Of a DNA stretch of 64,000 nucleotides, positions 8,793-16,234 are shown piece by piece. The stretch covers positions 37,063 through 101,062 of the forward strand of contig CAIPOI010000002.1 of assembly GCA_903866625.1 (NCBI GenBank). Reading direction: 5' to 3'. A program made the translations under genes and the position numbers. Below the pieces are notes generated by a model, which saw nothing but the letters and a program-made list of their open reading frames with translations, was not told the DNA's origin and made no database searches. Numbering within the stretch: position 1 is the stretch's first letter; the number at the start of each line of letters is the position of its first letter. The DNA comes from an uncultured archaeon (GTDB lineage Archaea; Nanobdellota; Nanobdellia; Pacearchaeales; GW2011-AR1).

Positions 8793-8860
8793 TAATCTTT
8801 TATTGGGATTTTCTTTAAAAAGATGATTGTTTTAGGGTATATAGTTTAGACTTAACTAAG

Positions 8861-8876
8861 GCAAGATTTATTAATC
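8861..8876 (+). promoter_or_regulatory. BRE/TATA-like promoter element (gcaagatttattaatc)
   Basis: It lies 20 nt upstream of the ATG at 8896 and has the same consensus as 4030 and 51871. Confidence 0.4.
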
Positions 8877-8895
8877 TGCTATTTCTATAATTTTT

Positions 8896-10194
8896 ATGAA
8901 AAATTGGTTGTTTTTATTTAGTTTTATTTTTATCTTTAGTCTTGCAACTATTTCTGCGGTAACTATTAACCTTGTTAAATCTGAATACTATTCTGGAGAA
9001 ACTTTACAAGCAGAAATTTCTGGCGGATTTGTAGATTCTTTGTTAGATTCTAATATTGGCATTTACAAAGAAGGAGCAGTGCATAAATCTCCTACTGGAG
9101 ATTCTGGAATAGTAAAGGATGAGACAAAATACTACTACTATGCTCTTCTACCTCAAGAACCTGGAAAATATTCCCTGAGAATTGAAAACACTAAACACTA
9201 CGAAAATAATAATGCTACAACTGCAACAATTGAGAAAAACTTTACTATAACTGAAACAAATAGTTCCTATCTCTCTTTTAGCCCAGGTTATATTAAAACT
9301 ACGACTGATTTTAAAATTATAGTTAAATCTTATAATGAAGAGCAAAATATTAAGGTAGAATTTCCACTAAAAGATTTTGAACAGAACTTTAGTCTTGGTT
9401 ATGGATTTTCAAAAAATATTTATCTATCTATTTCCGGATTAACCGGAGTTTCAAGAGATAGCATTAAGATTAATTCATATACTCTTCCGGTTATAGTTGT
9501 AATGAATGATTCTTCTTCAACTAATGACTCTTCCATAATTGATAGATATAATCTAAGCGATATTATAGAAGTTGATCCTAGGGGATTGAATATACTTTTG
9601 CCAAAAAATAAAGAAAATATTTTTCCAATAGATATTAGAAATACTCGTCAAGAGTTCTATAATATAGAACTAACTACTTCAGATAAAGAACTAAAAATTG
9701 AACCTGAAGAGATAATTGGTTTTAATGGCACTCAAAGAATAAATCTTACAATCTCTTCTAATAGAAGTTTTAATGGTTACATAAAAATAAGTCACGGAGA
9801 TAATTCCTTAAGGATTCCTATAAATCTCGAAGTCAGCGATAATGCTTCTGCTTTTAATTCTACTCCTGTCGAAGTCAATCCATCAAAAACTTGTTCAGAT
9901 TTGGGAGGAAAGATTTGTAATTATGAATCTGGAGAAGAGTGCGATAAGATTACCTATGACGCCAATAATAAAGCTTGTTGTTTATCTGGGTGTATGGGTA
10001 AAAAAACTTCTTATGGTTGGTTATGGGGTTTGCTACTATTAATAGTTCTTGGAGTTGGAGTTTGGTATTTTTTAAAGAAAGCAAAAAAGAGTCCTGATGA
10101 AAAATCTACCCTAACTAAAAGAGTAGAAGATTACAAAAAAAGAATGGATTTAGATGAAAATTTAGAAGTAAGAAAGGGACTAGTTAAAGAATAA
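8896..10194 (+). CDS. Secreted surface protein with one Cys-rich juxtamembrane module and C-terminal TM anchor
   Basis: Signal peptide MKNWLFLFSFIFIFSLATISA. Many N-x-S/T sequons. Module CSDLGGKICNYESGEECDKITYDANNKACCLSGC at 9892..9993, followed by TM helix WLWGLLLLIVLGVGVWYF. Confidence 0.55.
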   Translation: MKNWLFLFSFIFIFSLATISAVTINLVKSEYYSGETLQAEISGGFVDSLLDSNIGIYKEGAVHKSPTGDSGIVKDETKYYYYALLPQEPGKYSLRIENTKHYENNNATTATIEKNFTITETNSSYLSFSPGYIKTTTDFKIIVKSYNEEQNIKVEFPLKDFEQNFSLGYGFSKNIYLSISGLTGVSRDSIKINSYTLPVIVVMNDSSSTNDSSIIDRYNLSDIIEVDPRGLNILLPKNKENIFPIDIRNTRQEFYNIELTTSDKELKIEPEEIIGFNGTQRINLTISSNRSFNGYIKISHGDNSLRIPINLEVSDNASAFNSTPVEVNPSKTCSDLGGKICNYESGEECDKITYDANNKACCLSGCMGKKTSYGWLWGLLLLIVLGVGVWYFLKKAKKSPDEKSTLTKRVEDYKKRMDLDENLEVRKGLVKE

Positions 10195-10761
10195 TTATTT
10201 GTTCTTCTTTCCTTTTTTGCCCTTTCCTTTATTTTTTTCAGATTTTTGGCTTTTCTCTTGGGCTTGTTCTACAACTTTTAATTCATTGAGTGCAGGATTT
10301 GAATTGCCTTGAGAGTTTTGCATGCTTCTCAATTTGTCTGCAATTATCTTATTGTTCATTATAGCCGATTTAGCTATAGAATCATAGTGATGTAATCTTC
10401 TTATGATCTCATTAGCAATGCTATTAAACTCAATATTTTTTAGGCTTACTCTTTCAGGTTCTATAATTTCCACACTTGAAGGCATATAGGTAAAACATAT
10501 GCCGAATAAATTTACGATATTATCACACTCAAATTCAATTTCTGCAAAAGAAGTAAATAATTCACTTTCGCTTTTTATTACATTGCCTTTCTCATCTTTT
10601 CTTTCATAAAGTTTTGCTTCATGGATATTGCTGTTAAGGACTTTTATTCCATTTTCCTTGCCAATAGTTTCAACCATTTTTTTTAGAGTTTCAACTAAAT
10701 GTTCTTTAGGCCTTCCAAGTACTTCTAAAATTATTAAAGCTTTTATTTTTTTATCAAACAT
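10195..10761 (-). CDS. Hypothetical protein with Lys-rich C-terminal tail
   Basis: 188-aa ORF whose start overlaps the stop of the upstream gene. The tail is KSQKSEKNKGKGKKGKKNK. No family recognised. Confidence 0.45.
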   Translation of the reverse strand: MFDKKIKALIILEVLGRPKEHLVETLKKMVETIGKENGIKVLNSNIHEAKLYERKDEKGNVIKSESELFTSFAEIEFECDNIVNLFGICFTYMPSSVEIIEPERVSLKNIEFNSIANEIIRRLHHYDSIAKSAIMNNKIIADKLRSMQNSQGNSNPALNELKVVEQAQEKSQKSEKNKGKGKKGKKNK

Positions 10762-11851
10762 TTTTATTCTGATCTAAATTTAATATTAACACTATTGTTA
10801 AAATTATGCATAACATGCCAAAAGCATAAGGTGCATATTCTCTTATATACTCGTTTTTTGATTTATAAACTATACTATTCGCGGTTAGAGTTTTATTATT
10901 TTTGCTAGTTGATTTAGAATTCAATCTTATAACCTCTACATTAGAATTGGAGGTATGGTTCTGAAACGAAAGATTTTCTTCAGTTAATGTTAAGTTATTC
11001 AAGATAACTTCAATATCTTTAGTTATATCTGCTACAATTGAACTTGCCCCATAAATTCTTATCTTAGCACCTATCTTAAAATCTCCGGAAAGATTATCCT
11101 GCTTTAGCCTTAATTTAATGCTTTGTTGATCCTCTCCTTCTCCTTGAAGACAATCTTCAATATAATAGTTTCCAGATTGCCAAGCTCCTTCAGGTTCATT
11201 ATATGTCTCAGAAACAATTGTTCCATCTTCATCTTCGATAAAGATTTTAACATCATAGTCTTCATTAGCAAGATTAAAAGCTTTAACCACAACTATAAAT
11301 TCTTTATTTGAAACAATATCTTCATCATCCCAATCGAGTTTAAGATAGAGAGAATCGTTTTCAGAAGTGTTTGTATTGCTTGTTGAATTGTTGTTTGTTT
11401 GGTTAGAGGTATTATTAGAATTTTGAATCTGACAGTTATTAACTATTCCCCTGGTAGAATTTGTAAATATCCATTCCCCACTGCAATATTGCCAAGTCTG
11501 ATTATTATTTAAGCTGTCGCTTATAATACTGGTATTAAAAATAAGATTATTCATCGAATCATAGATAAATAATTGTTCATTAGCATTGTTTAGACTTATT
11601 GTTAGGTTCTGTAGAATGTAGTAACCTTCAATATTCAAATTAAGAGTTTGATTCTTACCTGAGGCGTCAGAAATATACCAATTAGTTAAATCTGTCTGGG
11701 CAGAACTATAGAACTCCACCCACTCACTACAATCATTACAAGTATCATTTGGATTAAGCTCAATTTCACTTATAATAACTGAGGCTAAGCAAACATTTAA
11801 ACTTCCAAGAAAAATAAATGCTAACAAAAAGGCAGACGAGCTCCTTTTCAT
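10754..11851 (-). CDS. Secreted lamin-tail-domain (LTD) protein with C-terminal TM anchor
   Basis: A signal peptide is followed by VIISEIELNPN...SEWVEFYSS...DLTNWYISDASGK, an LTD-like pattern. It also has an Asn/Ser/Thr-rich linker and a C-terminal TM helix FGMLCIILTIVLIL. Confidence 0.55.
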   Translation of the reverse strand: MKRSSSAFLLAFIFLGSLNVCLASVIISEIELNPNDTCNDCSEWVEFYSSAQTDLTNWYISDASGKNQTLNLNIEGYYILQNLTISLNNANEQLFIYDSMNNLIFNTSIISDSLNNNQTWQYCSGEWIFTNSTRGIVNNCQIQNSNNTSNQTNNNSTSNTNTSENDSLYLKLDWDDEDIVSNKEFIVVVKAFNLANEDYDVKIFIEDEDGTIVSETYNEPEGAWQSGNYYIEDCLQGEGEDQQSIKLRLKQDNLSGDFKIGAKIRIYGASSIVADITKDIEVILNNLTLTEENLSFQNHTSNSNVEVIRLNSKSTSKNNKTLTANSIVYKSKNEYIREYAPYAFGMLCIILTIVLILNLDQNKNV

Positions 11852-11873
11852 CTAAATAATTAGATTCTAAGAT

Positions 11874-12314
11874 TTATAGATTTTGCTCTTCAATATTATT
11901 TTCAGCTTGGTTAGTAAAGCCAAAAAACTGACCAAATCTTTTCCCAATAGTTTTTGCTTCTTCTAAAGTTATTGCCCAATTCTTTCCTGAATCTCTTAGT
12001 TGTTCTGGTTTAACAAATAACCACCCCTCACGATTAAATCTAAGAGCAACAACAGGGACTAATCCAAATATCTCAGAAAATATTACAAATTCTTCAATTT
12101 GCTTTTTAGTTATGTATTTTACAGGAGCCTTAGAAGACTTAGCTTCAATAGCATATTTTTGTTTTCCATCTTCACTTGCTTTCCCTGCTATAAGGTCACA
12201 AGCAGTATTTTCCATAACTCCTGAGCCTGCAACACGAACTGCTCTAAAATGATTTTGTATAAATAAATCATACAACTCTCTTTCAGCCTTTGACCCCTTT
12301 GCTTTGTTGCTCAT
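11874..12314 (-). CDS. hjc: Holliday junction resolvase Hjc
   Basis: KGSKAERELYDLF...FRAVRVAGSG...CDLIAGK...YAIEAKSS matches the Hjc nuclease motifs (ERE, SG, D, ExK). Confidence 0.8.
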   Translation of the reverse strand: MSNKAKGSKAERELYDLFIQNHFRAVRVAGSGVMENTACDLIAGKASEDGKQKYAIEAKSSKAPVKYITKKQIEEFVIFSEIFGLVPVVALRFNREGWLFVKPEQLRDSGKNWAITLEEAKTIGKRFGQFFGFTNQAENNIEEQNL

Positions 12315-12481
12315 AATTATAAAACTCTTTTCAGAGTTTTTATAGTTAACCTCTAATATCTAAGCTTTAACTCAAAAATTAAAACTTTCAGAAAGGCTAA
12401 AGGTCAAAAATCCAAAAACTTCAGTTTATAAGGGCTATTAATCAAAACTACATATAAAACACTCTTATGCACAATAAAAAA

Positions 12482-12535
12482 TAGATTTGTCTATCCCCCG
12501 ACCACCCGCCCCTGACCGAAAGGCTTAAATACTAT
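12482..12535 (+). repeat. C-rich repeat copy A (tagatttgtctatcccccgaccacccgcccctgaccgaaaggcttaaatac)
   Basis: It is similar by eye to copy L at 15008..15057: tagattt..tatccc..ccacccg..gaa(a/g)gg..(t)aaatac/atttac, with a 9-nt insertion. It includes the BRE/TATA for the gene at 12562. Confidence 0.5.
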
Positions 12536-12561
12536 AAGTATTCCATGTATACATATACAAA

Positions 12562-13038
12562 ATGGCAGAAAAAGTTAAGGCAACAATAAAAACTGGTTCG
12601 GGAGTAGAGATAGTTATAGAAAGCGATAGGAGGACTGTTCAGGAAATTGTTTCAGAAATTCACAGAAGAGAAGAGTCAAGAGTCCGATTTAGAGAGGAAT
12701 TTGAAAAGAGAAGAGAATTGGAAAGAAAGAGATTTATTGAACTAAGGCAAAAAAGAAATGAGCTCGTTCATGGAGAGAGTAAAAATCACGAAAAAGAAAG
12801 AAATAGGGCTAAAACAAAAATGGATGTTTTTGCAGATTTGATAAGGCAGGGCTTTTTTAACGAATCTAGAAATCTCGGAGAAGTACAGAAAGTTTTGGAA
12901 GAAAAAGGTTATCATTATCCTGTAACCTCTCTGTCTCCTACATTACTCCGACTTGTGAGAAAAGGAGAATTAAGGAGAACTAAACAAATAAAAGATGACA
13001 AGGAAATGTGGGTTTATAATTCAGGAGATGGAAAATGA
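12562..13038 (+). CDS. wHTH-like module protein 1 of 5 (charged coiled-coil N-terminus)
   Basis: C-terminal module DLIRQGFFNESRNLGEVQKVLEEKGYHYPVTSLSPTLLRLVRKGELRR...WVY is shared with the next four genes. Family unknown. Confidence 0.6.
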   Translation: MAEKVKATIKTGSGVEIVIESDRRTVQEIVSEIHRREESRVRFREEFEKRRELERKRFIELRQKRNELVHGESKNHEKERNRAKTKMDVFADLIRQGFFNESRNLGEVQKVLEEKGYHYPVTSLSPTLLRLVRKGELRRTKQIKDDKEMWVYNSGDGK

Positions 13039-13349
13039 ACAAGGAGATAAAAAGCGAATTTAACAGGGTGTGGCAAGCAATTCGTAAGCTCGAAGGCAAA
13101 CCTTCAGCTAAAAAACCAGTTAATGAAGGCAAGAAATCAAAAAGATCTATTACCAAACTGATATTGGAGTTAAAATCAGAGGGTTTCTTTAAGTCTCCTA
13201 AGACTTCTGAAGAAATACGGGCGGCTTTGGCAGCGAATGGGCATCATTATGCAGCACCAAGTTTGACTTGGTCATTGCAAGAACTGGTAAGAAAGAGAGA
13301 ATTTGGAAGAATTCCTGAAGGGAAGGGCTGGAGGTATGCTGCAAGATAA
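13035..13349 (+). CDS. wHTH-like module protein 2 of 5
   Basis: LILELKSEGFFKSPKTSEEIRAALAANGHHYAAPSLTWSLQELVRKREFGR...WRY. ATGA overlap with gene 1. Confidence 0.6.
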   Translation: MNKEIKSEFNRVWQAIRKLEGKPSAKKPVNEGKKSKRSITKLILELKSEGFFKSPKTSEEIRAALAANGHHYAAPSLTWSLQELVRKREFGRIPEGKGWRYAAR

Positions 13350-13350
13350 G

Positions 13351-13599
13351 ATGAAAATCGCAAAAACTGCTACAGAAGGGCTCATAATTTTATGGTCAGA
13401 AAAGTTTTTTGAGAAGTTTAGAAAGGTCTCTGATATCGTAGAAAATTTTTCAAAGAGACACCATCATTTCAGTGATGCTGAACTTGGAATGGCTCTAAAA
13501 AGAGCAAGCTATCTTACTCGAAAGGGCAAACGCGGGAGCTATGAGTATATTCAAAAGCATCCTTATGTAGAAGAGGAAAAAAATGTTAAAAGAAAATGA
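13351..13599 (+). CDS. wHTH-like module protein 3 of 5 (most divergent)
   Basis: The ATG at 13351 lies immediately after the stop of gene 2; the track start at 13303 would overlap by 47 nt. Module: LIILWSEKFFEKFRKVSDIVENFSKRHHHFSDAELGMALKRASYLTRKGKR. Confidence 0.5.
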   Translation: MKIAKTATEGLIILWSEKFFEKFRKVSDIVENFSKRHHHFSDAELGMALKRASYLTRKGKRGSYEYIQKHPYVEEEKNVKRK

Positions 13600-13933
13600 A
13601 CTGAATAGCCTAATTAAGCTGTTAAAAGATCATGAAAGGAGAATATCTGTGCTTGAAGGAAAAAAGATTGGCAAATCAAAACCCTCTACTCACGAATGGT
13701 ACAAGCCAGGAAGTACCATAGAAAAAATCGTATTGCTTATCCATGAAAAATTCTTTAATCAACCGAGAAGTATATCGGAGATTATAGAAAAACTTGCAAC
13801 AAAGGATTATCATCTAGGAGCCTCAGACTTAACGCTTCCATTAAGAAAAATTGTAAGAAAGGGGATGCTGTCTAAAACGAAGAAAAATGCAGATGGTTCT
13901 TTATCTAAGAAATGGTTATACTTGAGGGTTTAG
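13583..13933 (+). CDS. wHTH-like module protein 4 of 5
   Basis: IVLLIHEKFFNQPRSISEIIEKLATKDYHLGASDLTLPLRKIVRKGMLSK...WLY. Confidence 0.6.
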   Translation: MLKENELNSLIKLLKDHERRISVLEGKKIGKSKPSTHEWYKPGSTIEKIVLLIHEKFFNQPRSISEIIEKLATKDYHLGASDLTLPLRKIVRKGMLSKTKKNADGSLSKKWLYLRV

Positions 13934-13935
13934 AT

Positions 13936-14715
13936 ATGGATTCAAAGAAAGATATTTTGGGGAAAGCAAAGGTGTTTTTAGATAAAAAAGGAAGCTTTGT
14001 TTATCGAGTATGTAAATTATTAGTTGATGGAGAATTCAATGAAGTTTTATCTTCAGCAGATTTAACCCATTTGCTGAACGAAGGCGCGGGTAAAAAAATT
14101 AAGCCAAATAATTTGACTGCTTTAATGGAGCCATTATTGCGCGAGGATGTAGTCAAGGTTAAAATCACTGGAAATGGGAGAAACAAGAAAAAATTTTGGT
14201 TTCCTGGTTGGTTAGATAAAAAACAACTAGAATGTTCACTCAAGTTAGACAAAGGGGCAATGTTCTTTAGTGGCAAGGGTTCCTGGACAGATCCAAACAA
14301 GAACTTTCCAAAGATTGTATCTCTCTTAGAGGGAGACTTGTGCGTGGTGGATCCCTATTACGGAAATGGCACTTTTTTTGCCTTAGAGAAATTTGGTAAT
14401 AAAAGAAAAATTAGATTTTTAACTTGCAAATTAGGAGGGGAAGAACAAGATAATCCTACAAAATTTGATAATAACTTAAAGAGATTTAAAAAGGAATTCA
14501 AAAATATAGAACTTCGAGAGTATGAGAAATTTTATGAGTTACATGACAGGTATATAATCTCAGATAATGCTTTGGTCATCATAGGTTATGGAATCAAAGA
14601 TTTAGCGGACAAAGAATCTTTTATAGTGTTCTTACCAAAAAATTTAGTTAAGGATTTTCTGCCTACATTAAAAAAGACTTTTGAAATGCGTTGGAGCAAA
14701 TCTCGCAAGATTTAG
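13936..14715 (+). CDS. wHTH-like module fused to a MIT_C / phospholipase-D-like C-terminal domain (5 of 5)
   Basis: The ATG at 13936 directly follows the stop of gene 4; the track start is 13912. N-terminal module: VCKLLVDGEFNEVLSSADLTHLLNEGAG...LMEPLLREDVVKV. C-terminal part: CVVDPYYGNGTFFALEKF...KIRFLTCK...ELHDRYIISDNALVIIGYGIKDL, resembling the MIT_C pattern DPY...HDR.I...G.G.D. Confidence 0.55.
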   Translation: MDSKKDILGKAKVFLDKKGSFVYRVCKLLVDGEFNEVLSSADLTHLLNEGAGKKIKPNNLTALMEPLLREDVVKVKITGNGRNKKKFWFPGWLDKKQLECSLKLDKGAMFFSGKGSWTDPNKNFPKIVSLLEGDLCVVDPYYGNGTFFALEKFGNKRKIRFLTCKLGGEEQDNPTKFDNNLKRFKKEFKNIELREYEKFYELHDRYIISDNALVIIGYGIKDLADKESFIVFLPKNLVKDFLPTLKKTFEMRWSKSRKI

Positions 14716-14777
14716 CTTCTAATCCTTTTCACAAACAGAAACTAACTTCGCCTAATGAACATAACTAACCAAACCGC

Positions 14778-14798
14778 CTTCTTTTTAGAAAAAAGAAG
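14778..14798 (+). terminator. Possible terminator hairpin with T5 run (cttcttttt-aga-aaaaagaag)
   Basis: A perfect 9-bp stem with a 3-nt loop lies 63 nt after the stop at 14715, and the 5' arm contains TTTTT. A role in archaeal termination is uncertain. Confidence 0.25.
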
Positions 14799-15007
14799 CA
14801 AAAATTTCGAGCTGACCCCTAAAACCCCGACTATTATTCGAGCCCACCTGCGTCATAATAACTCATCGTTCGCAATATTCTTTGCTCACTCGCCCTATCA
14901 GGAGTATTCGCATCAGCTCTGATTTTCTCCAAAAATCGAGGATGCTCATCTCGATAGGGTCGGCTAAGCGGCTTAGTTTCAATATTTTTCTGCGGAAAAA
15001 TACTCTT

Positions 15008-15057
15008 CGCTCGATTTAGATTTTAGTTATCCCTCCCCCACCCGAAGGGGCATTTAC
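15008..15057 (+). repeat. Repeat copy L (left inverted-repeat arm of the HAD cassette; direct repeat of copy A)
   Basis: atttagattttag (15014..15026), a 17-nt C-rich spacer, then gaaggggcatttac (15044..15057). Both blocks are exact reverse complements of blocks in 15479..15530. Confidence 0.6.
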
Positions 15058-15443
15058 TCTTGTAAATTCTCGTCGATAAATTTCTTTAGTGTAATTAAGT
15101 CTTTCTTTTCTTTGTCGTAATTAAAGGCGATTATTCCAATAGATTGAGCACTCTTTACAGCATCTGGATTGTGCTCAAAGTAAATTACATCTTTCACACT
15201 CAAATTAAAATGCTTGAGCATAATTTCAAAGAATTTTGGGTTTGTTTTTTCTGGATTATGTTTTAAGGTAAATACTTCATAAGGCATTTTATCTAATCCA
15301 AAATTCTTCATTTGTTCGTCATCAGCGTTTGTTAGAATAATCTTTCGGTTAGGATATTTCTCAAGCATTTTATACATTTCTTGAAAGATGCCTTCGCTTT
15401 TAATTACAAAGGTATTAACTGCATCAACTAAAATGGTTTTCAT
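15054..15443 (-). CDS. Small HAD-superfamily hydrolase-like protein
   Basis: 129 aa. The N-terminal ILVDAVNTFV resembles HAD motif I of the DAxGT (haloacid-dehalogenase-like) variant. ILTNADDEQ and a later IYFEHNPD are also present. Function uncertain. Confidence 0.45.
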   Translation of the reverse strand: MKTILVDAVNTFVIKSEGIFQEMYKMLEKYPNRKIILTNADDEQMKNFGLDKMPYEVFTLKHNPEKTNPKFFEIMLKHFNLSVKDVIYFEHNPDAVKSAQSIGIIAFNYDKEKKDLITLKKFIDENLQE

Positions 15444-15478
15444 AATTTTGAAATGCTGGAGAAGTTTATAAGTTTTCT

Positions 15479-15530
15479 GTAAATGCCCCTTCCCCCGCCC
15501 ACGAAATTGCTAAAATCTAAATCTCGCTCG
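15479..15530 (+). repeat. Repeat copy R (right inverted-repeat arm of the HAD cassette)
   Basis: gtaaatgccccttc (15479..15492), a 17-nt C-rich spacer, then ctaaaatctaaat (15510..15522). It has the same 17-nt spacing as copy L with the arms inverted. Confidence 0.6.
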
Positions 15531-15631
15531 TCCTCTCAGCACTCAATTCTCCAGCTCTCAATTTACTCCCTAAGAAAAAATATCTACTCAATCAACATAA
15601 AGCTTATAAGTAAAAACCTGATGAATTCATA

Positions 15632-16234
15632 ATGGCATTAGAATCACTATCCCAAGAACTATCTGAAACACAAAAAGTTTCTAATATTGAAAAAAAATAT
15701 TCTAAAATAAAAAAATATATCGGAAGAGCTACCTCTATTGGAGCAGTTCTTATTGGATTAACTTTTGGAGGATTAGCTTGTCATAAATCTCAAGAATTAA
15801 ACAATCTCCAAAAACCTGCTAAAGTTATAGAACTAGCTCAAACAAGAGCACATCTTAATGAGCTTTACCGAGCCTCAGAAACACTTGAAAAAACTGCTGA
15901 AAATTGTATTGGTTTGGATTTTCCTTTTAGATATGAAGATTTTAGACCCCAATTAGAAAGAGAAATAGATTATACTGAAGAAAGAATTAACAACTTAGCA
16001 AGACTTCCAGAAGTTAAGTCTTATCAGGCTAGAAAAAAAAGCTTAGAAGCAGAATATGCATCTATTTCTTTTACAGCAGGGGCAGGTTTAGGTATTCTTG
16101 GAGTAGGCTTCTTATTGAGCCTTTCTTTAACTAACTATCTTCAAAGAAAAGAACTCAAAAAAATTCCAAAAACTCTACAAATAAAAGATAAACCAAAAAA
16201 AGTAGTTCTTCCAGAAACGATTAGTCCTACCTAA
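15632..16234 (+). CDS. Hypothetical membrane protein (2 TM, coiled-coil middle)
   Basis: TM helices GAVLIGLTFGGLA and GAGLGILGVGFLLSLSL. No family recognised. Confidence 0.4.
   Translation: MALESLSQELSETQKVSNIEKKYSKIKKYIGRATSIGAVLIGLTFGGLACHKSQELNNLQKPAKVIELAQTRAHLNELYRASETLEKTAENCIGLDFPFRYEDFRPQLEREIDYTEERINNLARLPEVKSYQARKKSLEAEYASISFTAGAGLGILGVGFLLSLSLTNYLQRKELKKIPKTLQIKDKPKKVVLPETISPT

Noticed and set aside
11380-11450. Possible tandem DNA repeat or CRISPR-like periodicity in the Asn/Ser/Thr-rich stretch of the LTD protein gene; a similar stretch at 5020..5050
   Set aside because: It is only low-complexity codon runs (AAT/AGT/ACA), with no defined repeat unit or spacer structure. No CRISPR-like array was seen anywhere in the window.
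14716-15053. Whether the GC-richer gene-free stretch is a structured RNA gene (RNase P RNA, SRP RNA, C/D or H/ACA sRNA)
   Set aside because: On neither strand could I find the conserved RNase P (GAGGAAAGUCC-type) or SRP helix-8 motifs, or C (RUGAUGA) / D (CUGA) box pairs. It is retained only as a possible gene relic, not called as ncRNA.
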